From positions 1 through 64,000 of IMG/VR virus record IMGVR_UViG_2747842453_000002: a DNA stretch of 64,000 nucleotides; one strand, given 5' to 3'. This DNA comes from a virus. Lineage: Duplodnaviria; Caudoviricetes. Shown here piece by piece: positions 29,729-38,747 of this stretch; position 1 is the stretch's first letter; the number at the start of each line of letters is the position of its first letter. The notes below the pieces were generated by a model that was given only the letters and a program-made list of their open reading frames with translations, searched no databases and was not told the DNA's origin. A program made the position numbers and the translations under genes.

Positions 29729-32700
29729 ATGTCATATGCAGTACAATTTAGGCGTGGTACAACTGCTGAACATGCATCATTCACTGGTGCAGCAGGCGAA
29801 ATAACAGTAAACACAACTACTAATCAATTAATAGTGCACGATGGCGTCACTGTTGGCGGCCATGTTGTTGGTTCAGGCGGCGGTACAGGTGGTGCAAGTA
29901 CATTGACTGATTTAAATATCAGTGATGGAACTGATGGGCAAGTTCTTACTACTGATGGTGCTGGAACATTCACATTTACTACCCTATCAAATAGTGGAGG
30001 CAGTGGAGGCGGTGATATATCCTCAATTATTTCCCCATCTGCATTTGCATATGTCAATACCATATCTGATGGTTCAGGCACAAACATAAGTTGGTCAAAT
30101 TGGAATGGCGCTTCTGGTACAATGGACTTTACTTTTGCAACTGCGCAGACAGATGTAAATTATGCAGTCATAAGTGATGTAGAAGGATTCGATGATATCA
30201 ATATTCAGGTTTCTTCTAAATCTACTACTGGATTTACAGTTGCTATTTATAACGATTCGGGAAATGTGGGCAATCCTAGTACAACCGCAGCCTTCTCAAT
30301 TATGGTATATTCATCTGTTCCTTCTCCTTCTAGTAGCGCAAACACTTCTTCAACAGAAATATTGGCAGACATGCCAGCATTAATTGCAAAAACCGGAATG
30401 AGTGCAGGAGATCAGGTATATCTTACTTCAAATAATAATTTATATTTTTACACAGGAACAGGTTGGTATCTAATTGCAACAGTACAAAATAATGCCCCAT
30501 CTGCAATTACAAATGTTAATTCATCATACAATCTTAATGGAGATGGCACACCTACAGTAATTACTGCAGCCGCAACCGACCCAGAAGGATTCCCACTTAC
30601 ATGGAGTTATGCAATAACATCTGGATCACTTGGATCAACTGCTACAATATCACAAGCAGATAATGTTTTTACAATTACACCAGGTGCTGATTCAGCAGAC
30701 GAAGGTGAGTTTACATTGGCTATATCTGCAACTGATGGAACGAATGGCGCGGTAAGTACAACTACAGTATTATCTCTTTTCTTCAATATCACTAATAGTA
30801 GATATACACAATTACTAGTAACAGCAGTCGATACATCTAATAATGATATTATTGATCATTCATCTAATAATCATACTGTGAGTTTAGTAGGTGATCCAAT
30901 AGCTAATACATTTAGTCCATTCCGACACGGTGGCTACAGTATGTACTTTGATGGATCTGGTGGAGATTGGGTAAAATCAGACACGCATGCCGATTTTGGT
31001 TTTGGCACAGATGATTTTACAATAGAATGTTGGTATTATCCGGTATCAAAACTTCAGTCCTATCCTAGAATATGGAATTTTGGTCCATTTTGGCAAAACT
31101 CTCAGTCGTTGGCTTTCGTTGATAGGCATAATGATAACAACACTGTCCTTACCTTGAACAGCTGGACAGCAGGAGAAATTTTAAGGTCTACTACAACAAT
31201 AGAAAATAATAAATGGTACCATCTTACAGTCGAAAGAAGTGGCACTACTATAACTTTATATGTAAATGGTGTATCTGAAGATACATACGATGCTGGAACT
31301 TCTGAATTTATTACAAGTTCTCCCAGTTATGTTACTATTGGTAATGTTAGTGATGGGAGTAATTTATACGAGTCAGCACTTCAAGGAAATATTAGAGATT
31401 TTAGATATGTCAAAGGTACCGCAGTATATGGTGCAAACTTTACCCCACCAACCGAACCTTTAACAGAAGTTACTAATACAAAATTATTAACTGCTCAAGG
31501 GCTGCAATTTAGTGATGTCTCTGCTAACAATCACTCAATGTCAAAGACAGGCGATGTTTCCACAATGCCATTTACACCATATGACTATGCAGAATATGAT
31601 TCAACAAAACACGGCGGATCAATTTACTTTCCTGACAGTGGAGGATTATATATACCATCTGATAGTGTTGGGACAGTGAGCGATGATGATTTCACAGCAG
31701 AATGTTGGTTTTATCAGGAAGAGCCGGGCGGTAACTGTACATTGTTTGATAAAGATGGCAGAGCTAATATATCATTTGCACAAGTATCACTGAGCACAAC
31801 GACAAGTAAAGAAATTTACGCATACCTCGGTACCGGTAATGGGATTGGTGCGCGTCAAATTATACAAACAGGTTCTAATGTGTTTGATTTATCTACATGG
31901 AATCATGTTGCACTTGTTAAAGATGCTAATACGATTAAAATATACGTAAACGGTAACTTACAAGCAGAAGAAACAATTACTACGACAATCACAAATGGCG
32001 GACAACCCTTATACATAGGAATGAGAGCAACAGGCGATGTTCGTTTTCATGGCTATATTGCAGATTTTCGTTTTGTAAAAGGCCAAGCGTTGTATAATTC
32101 CAACTTCGTTCCAAATTCATTACCTGCAACGTCTACTGGAATGGATATTCATCTAAAAGGTACTGAATCTTCTATAATAGATAAAACTCAAAATAAAACT
32201 ATTCTCACTCTAGAAGGCAATACTACTGGTTCAACTACTCAAGTTAAGTTTGCAAATAGTAAGTCAATTTATGTTGATGGCAGTGGTGATAATGTAACTA
32301 TCACAGATTTAGAAATGGGATCAGCAGATTTGACATTTGAATTATGGATGTATCAAGATGTTGCACAGAGTGCTTCTTATAGAGGTATATTAAGTGCAAG
32401 TTCCTATACAGATAATAATCCATTTACTTTATATACACACAATTCAACATTACAGCTTTGGTTGAATCAAATGGATCCAAGTCCCAGTGCCAGTGGTCCA
32501 TTTACTGCATTTACTTGGCATCATGTGGCAATAGTAAGAAATTCTGGCACATGGACTTTATATATTGATGGGATATCTGTTGGTACATCTACAACCGGTG
32601 GAACTTATAACTTTACAAATACAATAGATTTTTTACTTGGTCAAAGGACTGGTGGATCATATGACTGGAAAGGTTATCTTCAAGATGTTAGATTCACAAA

Positions 32701-32758
32701 AGGTGTAGCAAGATATACCGCTAACTTTACACCACCTACTAGTTCACTCAAAGGTTAA
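29729..32758 (+). CDS. Tail fibre/receptor-binding protein, paralog of 26495..29584
   Basis: Same architecture, with near-identical N-terminal DNA blocks. Confidence 0.8.
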   Translation: MSYAVQFRRGTTAEHASFTGAAGEITVNTTTNQLIVHDGVTVGGHVVGSGGGTGGASTLTDLNISDGTDGQVLTTDGAGTFTFTTLSNSGGSGGGDISSIISPSAFAYVNTISDGSGTNISWSNWNGASGTMDFTFATAQTDVNYAVISDVEGFDDINIQVSSKSTTGFTVAIYNDSGNVGNPSTTAAFSIMVYSSVPSPSSSANTSSTEILADMPALIAKTGMSAGDQVYLTSNNNLYFYTGTGWYLIATVQNNAPSAITNVNSSYNLNGDGTPTVITAAATDPEGFPLTWSYAITSGSLGSTATISQADNVFTITPGADSADEGEFTLAISATDGTNGAVSTTTVLSLFFNITNSRYTQLLVTAVDTSNNDIIDHSSNNHTVSLVGDPIANTFSPFRHGGYSMYFDGSGGDWVKSDTHADFGFGTDDFTIECWYYPVSKLQSYPRIWNFGPFWQNSQSLAFVDRHNDNNTVLTLNSWTAGEILRSTTTIENNKWYHLTVERSGTTITLYVNGVSEDTYDAGTSEFITSSPSYVTIGNVSDGSNLYESALQGNIRDFRYVKGTAVYGANFTPPTEPLTEVTNTKLLTAQGLQFSDVSANNHSMSKTGDVSTMPFTPYDYAEYDSTKHGGSIYFPDSGGLYIPSDSVGTVSDDDFTAECWFYQEEPGGNCTLFDKDGRANISFAQVSLSTTTSKEIYAYLGTGNGIGARQIIQTGSNVFDLSTWNHVALVKDANTIKIYVNGNLQAEETITTTITNGGQPLYIGMRATGDVRFHGYIADFRFVKGQALYNSNFVPNSLPATSTGMDIHLKGTESSIIDKTQNKTILTLEGNTTGSTTQVKFANSKSIYVDGSGDNVTITDLEMGSADLTFELWMYQDVAQSASYRGILSASSYTDNNPFTLYTHNSTLQLWLNQMDPSPSASGPFTAFTWHHVAIVRNSGTWTLYIDGISVGTSTTGGTYNFTNTIDFLLGQRTGGSYDWKGYLQDVRFTKGVARYTANFTPPTSSLKG

Positions 32759-32779
32759 ATTTTTATATATATTAAAACT

Positions 32780-32807
32780 AAAAAAGCGTTCAAAGAACGC
32801 TTTTTTT
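32780..32807 (+). terminator. Bidirectional intrinsic terminator
   Basis: AAAAAAGCGTTC-AAA-GAACGCTTTTTTT. Confidence 0.85.
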
Positions 32808-32902
32808 ATTGTTGCAGTAATTAATATATATACATATATAAGATTAAACATGATTTGATAAATACTTGTAACATTATAAAGTATACTTTAGGAGAATTAT
32901 AA

Positions 32903-33490
32903 ATGGCATATGCTGTACAATTTAGACGTGGTACTACCGCAAACCACGCATCCTTCACGGGTGAGGCTGGTGAAGTAACTGTAAACACAACTACAAATGA
33001 ACTAGTAGTACATGATGGTACTACTGTTGGTGGGCATACAGTTGGCGGCGTATCGACTGATCCTTCATTTCAATCACTAACTGTTGTTGGTGACTTAGAC
33101 GTATCAGGTGCTACTAAACTAGCAGAAATACATGAAAATGTAACTACTAATATTAGTACAACTGGGACACTATTATTTGATGCTACTACACAAGGTGTTT
33201 TATTTGCTACTGTAGAACAAACTGCTGACAGAGAAATTAATTTTACAAATGTAAATTCAAGTCTTGCAGTTGGCGAAAGTTTCACTGCAGTAATACTATT
33301 GACACAGGGGACAACAGCGTACTATGTGAATGCATATAAAATTGATGATACAGTATGTACGCCAAAATGGTCTGGCGGTTCAGCACCAACAGAAGGAAAT
33401 GCAGATAGCATTGATACATACTCTTTTACAATTATCAAAACTGCTGATGCAACTTTCACTGTAATGGCAAGTCTCACACAATTTGCATAA
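32903..33490 (+). CDS. Short fibre/adaptor protein with Mtd_N-like N-terminus
   Basis: QFRRGTTANHASFTG..HDG; C-terminal KWSGGSAPTEGNADSIDTYSFTIIKT. Confidence 0.7.
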   Translation: MAYAVQFRRGTTANHASFTGEAGEVTVNTTTNELVVHDGTTVGGHTVGGVSTDPSFQSLTVVGDLDVSGATKLAEIHENVTTNISTTGTLLFDATTQGVLFATVEQTADREINFTNVNSSLAVGESFTAVILLTQGTTAYYVNAYKIDDTVCTPKWSGGSAPTEGNADSIDTYSFTIIKTADATFTVMASLTQFA

Positions 33491-33518
33491 AATTTAATAA
33501 TTCAATCGGAGATTTGAA

Positions 33519-34769
33519 ATGCCAAATAACTACAAAGGGCTGAATATATCAGGATTAAAATCAACAACTAAATTATCAAGAGTTCAAGTTGAACCAACTA
33601 TTGATTTTGTTGAGATTACAGATCGTGGATTACTTGATGAACCAATTGCAAAACTAAGAACAGCCGGTGCCGGTCATCAAAAAAGATCAAATGCAAGTCC
33701 AAAGTCTGCAATTGGTACATCTATTGATATGGGTGAATTATGGGAACCGGCATCAATCTATGATTATGGAGAAGTTGAAGAGGGTGCTTTCGCAGTAACA
33801 GAAGACGCTGTTTGGAGTGCTAGACGCAAATTAATGAACCCACCTCCTCCGCCGACAACACCATGGGTAAATAGAGATGATTGGAATGGTGGAACTACCA
33901 GTTACTATAGTGTTCCAACTGGTGATGGTACTTATGGTGCTCATGCTGGTATTCCTAGGGGTAATCAGAGATCAGTAACTTTTAACTCTGACGGTTCAAT
34001 TGGCTATATTATCGGACAAAGTTATATGAATGCATATAATTTATCAGTACCGTATGATCTTGATGCGTCTACAAGAACCAATAGTTATAGTTCATTTACT
34101 GTTACAAATGGATCAGGTAATGTTTCAGCATTAGAGGTGGTTGATAATGGTAACAGAGTTTTAAGAGGTTGGTATGATAGTGTGGCACTTTTTAATTTAC
34201 ATGAAAAAGACGTATTTACCTCGCCGTCTGCGTCTTCAACAGGTTTTCATATGGGTACGCTTACAACTAATCCAAGTTATTATAATTTTAATAATAGTGT
34301 GATGAGTTGGAACATTTCAGGAGATGGAACAAAACTAACTGCATTTATTCTTTGTTCATACTTATCTTACGATTCTGGTACTGATACATGGACCAGATAT
34401 CAAAGTGGTAGCACATACAATACTGGTGTAATTGTTTTCGATTTAACATCTGCATGGGATTTATCTACCGCCACATACTTTTCTTATGGCAATGTTAGTA
34501 ACAATTGGAATCAAACCAGACCTAAGGGGTTCATGGCTCCAGATGGCTTAACTATATGGCTACAGGGTCAAGGCCAAATAAAAATCTATTCATTAGCAAC
34601 TGCATTTGATATGTCATCAACTAGAACATTATTGAGCCAAGCAAATCACTCTAAGCAATTCACTGACACTACATTGACAGTGAGCCCAGATGGTAGATAT
34701 GCATATAGTACTCCAGACCAACCATCGAATGGTAACAGACTAGATATGACAGATTTCGGCGCACCATAA
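33519..34769 (+). CDS. Virion receptor-binding-type protein with beta-propeller-like head
   Basis: N-terminus shared with 34787; YNLSVPYDL, DLTSAWDLSTA and YSLATAFDMSS repeats. Confidence 0.6.
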   Translation: MPNNYKGLNISGLKSTTKLSRVQVEPTIDFVEITDRGLLDEPIAKLRTAGAGHQKRSNASPKSAIGTSIDMGELWEPASIYDYGEVEEGAFAVTEDAVWSARRKLMNPPPPPTTPWVNRDDWNGGTTSYYSVPTGDGTYGAHAGIPRGNQRSVTFNSDGSIGYIIGQSYMNAYNLSVPYDLDASTRTNSYSSFTVTNGSGNVSALEVVDNGNRVLRGWYDSVALFNLHEKDVFTSPSASSTGFHMGTLTTNPSYYNFNNSVMSWNISGDGTKLTAFILCSYLSYDSGTDTWTRYQSGSTYNTGVIVFDLTSAWDLSTATYFSYGNVSNNWNQTRPKGFMAPDGLTIWLQGQGQIKIYSLATAFDMSSTRTLLSQANHSKQFTDTTLTVSPDGRYAYSTPDQPSNGNRLDMTDFGAP

Positions 34770-34786
34770 TCAATTAGGAGAATACG

Positions 34787-35884
34787 ATGCCAAATAACTA
34801 CAAAGGGTTGAATATATCAGGATTAAAATCAACAACTAAATTATCAAGAGTTCAAGTTGAACCAACTATTGATTTTGTTGAGATTACAGATCGTGGATCA
34901 ATCAGTGAAAATCCTAGTAAATTGAGAACAGCCGGTGCCGGTCATCAAAAAAGATCAAATGCAAGTCCCAAGTCGGCAATTGGTACATCTATTGATATGG
35001 GTGGATTATGGGAACCGGCATCAGAATATGACTATGGTAACGTATCTGCCGATGCTTTTGCAGTCGAAGAAGACTCTGTTTGGATTAAACGAAGAAATTT
35101 ATATTCTGTTACAGCACCAACAGCACCATCTATAGAGTATGATACAACATTACTTATTAAAGGAGTTTTCAATCCACTCAGCGCGAGCCCATATGACAAC
35201 TTTAGCGTATCCACAGCAGATGGAACATTAGATGGCACTGAACGCGGACCGGGCTTGGGGCCAGTGGCTGGCACTTCTTTTGACGCAAATGAGTCACCAT
35301 ATGCTAGTGGCGCTGGGGCAACTTATCATTTGTCAAACCATTATTACAAAATTGGCAGTGATTACTATCCTCGGACCGGTGGTTTCACTGGTGCATTTAC
35401 ATTTGAGATGTGGATAAAATGTGAAGCATTACCACCAACAACTGGTGGGAACATTTTGGGATATGACGGCAACCAAGGCGGCAACAAAATATACATTGGT
35501 AATTCTGGAAATGGTAATAAGCTGTATTTCCATAATTGGCACAACGAACCGAGAGCCTGCGATCTCACAAGACACGACATCGGAGACGGAAATTGGCACC
35601 ATATTGCATGGACAAGAGATGATAATTTGGATAGTAGAGTATTTTATGATGGAGTACAGAAAAACACAAGCCCTACCAACGCGAACACTAACTACTATAA
35701 TCCTATAACTTTTCCTGATGCATCATGGAATGACACAAGACCGTGGCACACCCAATCACATCCGCCATACATACATTGTGCACAAACCAGTGGCTGGACT
35801 ACAGATGTTAGATGGATAAACGGTGGAGCATTGTATACTTCGTCGTTCACACCACCAACCGCACCTCTGACTGCTATTCCATAA
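34787..35884 (+). CDS. Virion receptor-binding-type protein with LamG head
   Basis: First 37 aa identical to 33519; FTFEMWIK, WHHIAWTR and YTSSFTPP. Confidence 0.65.
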   Translation: MPNNYKGLNISGLKSTTKLSRVQVEPTIDFVEITDRGSISENPSKLRTAGAGHQKRSNASPKSAIGTSIDMGGLWEPASEYDYGNVSADAFAVEEDSVWIKRRNLYSVTAPTAPSIEYDTTLLIKGVFNPLSASPYDNFSVSTADGTLDGTERGPGLGPVAGTSFDANESPYASGAGATYHLSNHYYKIGSDYYPRTGGFTGAFTFEMWIKCEALPPTTGGNILGYDGNQGGNKIYIGNSGNGNKLYFHNWHNEPRACDLTRHDIGDGNWHHIAWTRDDNLDSRVFYDGVQKNTSPTNANTNYYNPITFPDASWNDTRPWHTQSHPPYIHCAQTSGWTTDVRWINGGALYTSSFTPPTAPLTAIP

Positions 35885-35913
35885 AGAATTAGGAAAATTA
35901 CTATTATTAAGTT

Positions 35914-35948
35914 AAAACTCTAGCAATATTACATTGTTAGAGTTTTTT
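35914..35948 (+). terminator. Intrinsic terminator
   Basis: AAAACTCTAGCAAT-ATTAC-ATTGTTAGAGTTTTTT. Confidence 0.75.
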
Positions 35949-36009
35949 ATTATTGATTATAAAAGATAAATACACTTGAGTTATTTAAATACACAGGAAC
36001 TATACTACA

Positions 36010-36999
36010 ATGAGACTATTTGATTTAATAGAAAATGAAAATACAAGGGTAGTTATTATCTATCCGGGAAGGTTTCATCCTTTTCATATTGGACATGGAA
36101 AAGTATTTAAGTATCTAAAACAGAAATTTAAAGGTGCACAAGTTTTTATTGCTAGTTCAGGCAAAACAGATGCGCATAAATCTCCATTTTCATTTGATGA
36201 AAAGAAACGTATGATGATGTTAGCAGGTGTTGATCCAAATTCAATAGTACAAGCAAAAATTCCATATGTTGCAAGTGAAATCACAGATAGATATGATCCT
36301 GATAACACAGTTGTTATATATGCGGTATCGGAAAAAGATATGGCCGAAGATCCAAGATTTGATTTTCCTACATCTGGACTAAAGACTAAAAAGAATGGTG
36401 ATCCAGCACATATTCAATTATGGCGAGGAATTGACAATGCAAAGTCACTAAGACAACATTCTTATATTGTAACAGTTCCTACATTTACCTTTAAAATTAG
36501 AGGCAAAGCAGTGAATAGTGCTACACAGATTCGAAATATGATTTCAACTGCGGACGACACAGCGTTAAATCAAATATTACAAGACTTGTACGGGCGCAGT
36601 GATATTCCAGAAAATGTAATAGAAATGTTTAAAAGAAAACTTGGAAGTTCAACTGTTAGTGAAAATTGGGAAGAAGAAGATTTATATTCAATATTACTTG
36701 AAGCAGAATTGCAGCATCAGATGATCACAGAAGACAAATCTGATGTGGAATCCTTTGATGTTAAAACTGCAAGAGCATTGAATAATTTAAAAGTTAAATA
36801 TCCAGGTGCTGATAATTTATTAGGTGCATTAGTTGCTGATGTAGAAGATTCACAAACAGTAAGCAAGAAAAATGATATACAACATAGTATTGACATTGCA
36901 ACAGTTGAAGACAAAATAGATAACAGTATTGCCAAATTAGAGAAACAAATAAATTCACTAACACAGGAATTGAAAAATCTAAAGACTAGTAGAAAATAA
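36010..36999 (+). CDS. HxGH cytidylyltransferase-like nucleotidyltransferase with coiled-coil tail
   Basis: IYPGRFHPFHIGH, SPFSFDEKK and NSATQIR; late promoter at 35965. Confidence 0.75.
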   Translation: MRLFDLIENENTRVVIIYPGRFHPFHIGHGKVFKYLKQKFKGAQVFIASSGKTDAHKSPFSFDEKKRMMMLAGVDPNSIVQAKIPYVASEITDRYDPDNTVVIYAVSEKDMAEDPRFDFPTSGLKTKKNGDPAHIQLWRGIDNAKSLRQHSYIVTVPTFTFKIRGKAVNSATQIRNMISTADDTALNQILQDLYGRSDIPENVIEMFKRKLGSSTVSENWEEEDLYSILLEAELQHQMITEDKSDVESFDVKTARALNNLKVKYPGADNLLGALVADVEDSQTVSKKNDIQHSIDIATVEDKIDNSIAKLEKQINSLTQELKNLKTSRK

Positions 37000-37018
37000 A
37001 GAATATGTGAGAAGATAG

Positions 37019-38737
37019 ATGAAAATTAATGAATTAGATAAAAATATAGGTGTAACACAACAACAACTAGATTCACTTGAAAATGTTCTAGATCGTGTAT
37101 TTGCAAGTGTAGGCATTGATGTTGAGTTTACAAAACACTTTATAGATCGTGTTAATGATGAACGTAATATTCGTCCTATAACTATCAAAGAACTTGCAAT
37201 GTTATTTAAAAAAGAATTTGTTAAATATGGTAAACCAATTGCACAACTAGGCCCAGATGCTCAAGCAGTAATGAAGGACTTAGAAACTGATATTAATATA
37301 CCATTTGTTCTTAATTGGAATGGCGAAGAATTAGAACTAGTTGCAAAAACTGTAATGCGCAAAAAAGATTTTAAATCATCAAATAAAGAATTTGCAGTTG
37401 AAAGTGATGATATTATGGTAAAAGGAAAAAAATCAGATTTTCCAGACAATTATGATGCTACTAACGACACAACATTTAATGATTTTTCTAAAAAAGAATT
37501 TAAACAGGTCGCTATGAAGGCTATCTCATCTCTTAATAAGCAAGAACAAATGGTAATAAAGGCAAGATTTGGATTAGAACCATTCAATACATCATACACG
37601 CTACAACAAATAGCAGATGCTATGAATTTGAGCAGGACACGTATTCGCCAGATTCAAGACAGAGCATTACGTATACTAAAACATCCGAGCCGCTCAAGAG
37701 GCATGAGAAGTTATCTGAACCAGAGTAAAGAATTCACAGTTGAAAGTGATAACCAATCTGGTGTGTATTCCGATGAAAAGAATAACGTTGAAATTCATTG
37801 GAAACGAATAGATCATCCCAGCGTAGCAAAAGATCATCTAGACATAGAAGCATATCAAAATGGCAAGCGCGTGGATATTAATAATCAACAAGCAGATCAT
37901 TATAGATATTTAATTAATCAGGAAATGAATGAAACTGAAACATTGGGATCTAAAATAAACTTTCCTGGAATGTCTGGCACAACAGTAAATACATCGACCA
38001 CTACTAAAACAAGAGTGCCAACTCCTAAACCAGCTAGAAATAGATTTGACAAAATTGTAAATTGGAGTAAAAGTTTATTCAATTCAGAAGGAATAAATGA
38101 AGATATCGGTTCATTACCTCCATTAGTAGACTTGATTGTTCTTGCTGTACTAGCACAGACTACAGTTGCTGGTATTAAAACAATGTTTAAAGTTGCAGTT
38201 AAAACTGGCAAAGGTCTTAACAAACTTCGTAAACTTACAAAACAAGCAGGTATAGCATTAGATGCCAAGTTATCAGAAAGTGAAATGGTAGAAGATTTTT
38301 TAGCAGATAAGTCTGAACAAGAAAAGAAATTTTGGAATGCAGCATTGGAAGCACTACATAGATTACAAGGATCTAAAGAGTCAAAACAGTCAATTGAAAG
38401 TTATGCGTTTGACATTGCAAGATCATTCAATGGAATGAGTTCAAAAGAATTATTGGCATTGTATAAATTAAAATATGGAATTGATGAGACTTTAGAAGAA
38501 GCAAAACAAAGTAATCCATTAGTAGTATTGGACAAACTTGCAGATAGATCAGACAACAATGCATTTCCTGTCAAGTTTTATGATGATACTGTAATAAAAG
38601 TAACACCCAAAAAAGCAAAGAAATTTATGGATGTATACTATCAAATGGCAGATGAACAACGTGATGTTATCAACAAATATATAAAAACGAAAAAAGGATT
38701 TATGCAGGCTATTAACGATTTTAATATTCCTATATAG
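37019..38737 (+). CDS. Modular putative internal head polyprotein including a sigma70 region-4 domain
   Basis: MKINE start; FTKHFIDRVND module; RFGL..YTLQQIA..NLSRTRIRQIQDRALRILKHPSRS (RpoD-r4-like); E-ending linkers. Confidence 0.7.
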   Translation: MKINELDKNIGVTQQQLDSLENVLDRVFASVGIDVEFTKHFIDRVNDERNIRPITIKELAMLFKKEFVKYGKPIAQLGPDAQAVMKDLETDINIPFVLNWNGEELELVAKTVMRKKDFKSSNKEFAVESDDIMVKGKKSDFPDNYDATNDTTFNDFSKKEFKQVAMKAISSLNKQEQMVIKARFGLEPFNTSYTLQQIADAMNLSRTRIRQIQDRALRILKHPSRSRGMRSYLNQSKEFTVESDNQSGVYSDEKNNVEIHWKRIDHPSVAKDHLDIEAYQNGKRVDINNQQADHYRYLINQEMNETETLGSKINFPGMSGTTVNTSTTTKTRVPTPKPARNRFDKIVNWSKSLFNSEGINEDIGSLPPLVDLIVLAVLAQTTVAGIKTMFKVAVKTGKGLNKLRKLTKQAGIALDAKLSESEMVEDFLADKSEQEKKFWNAALEALHRLQGSKESKQSIESYAFDIARSFNGMSSKELLALYKLKYGIDETLEEAKQSNPLVVLDKLADRSDNNAFPVKFYDDTVIKVTPKKAKKFMDVYYQMADEQRDVINKYIKTKKGFMQAINDFNIPI

Positions 38738-38747
38738 TAACTATACC

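Noticed and set aside
26495-35884. Diversity-generating retroelement (suggested by the Mtd_N-like domains)
   Set aside because: No reverse transcriptase in the window and no TR/VR pair with adenine-specific differences.
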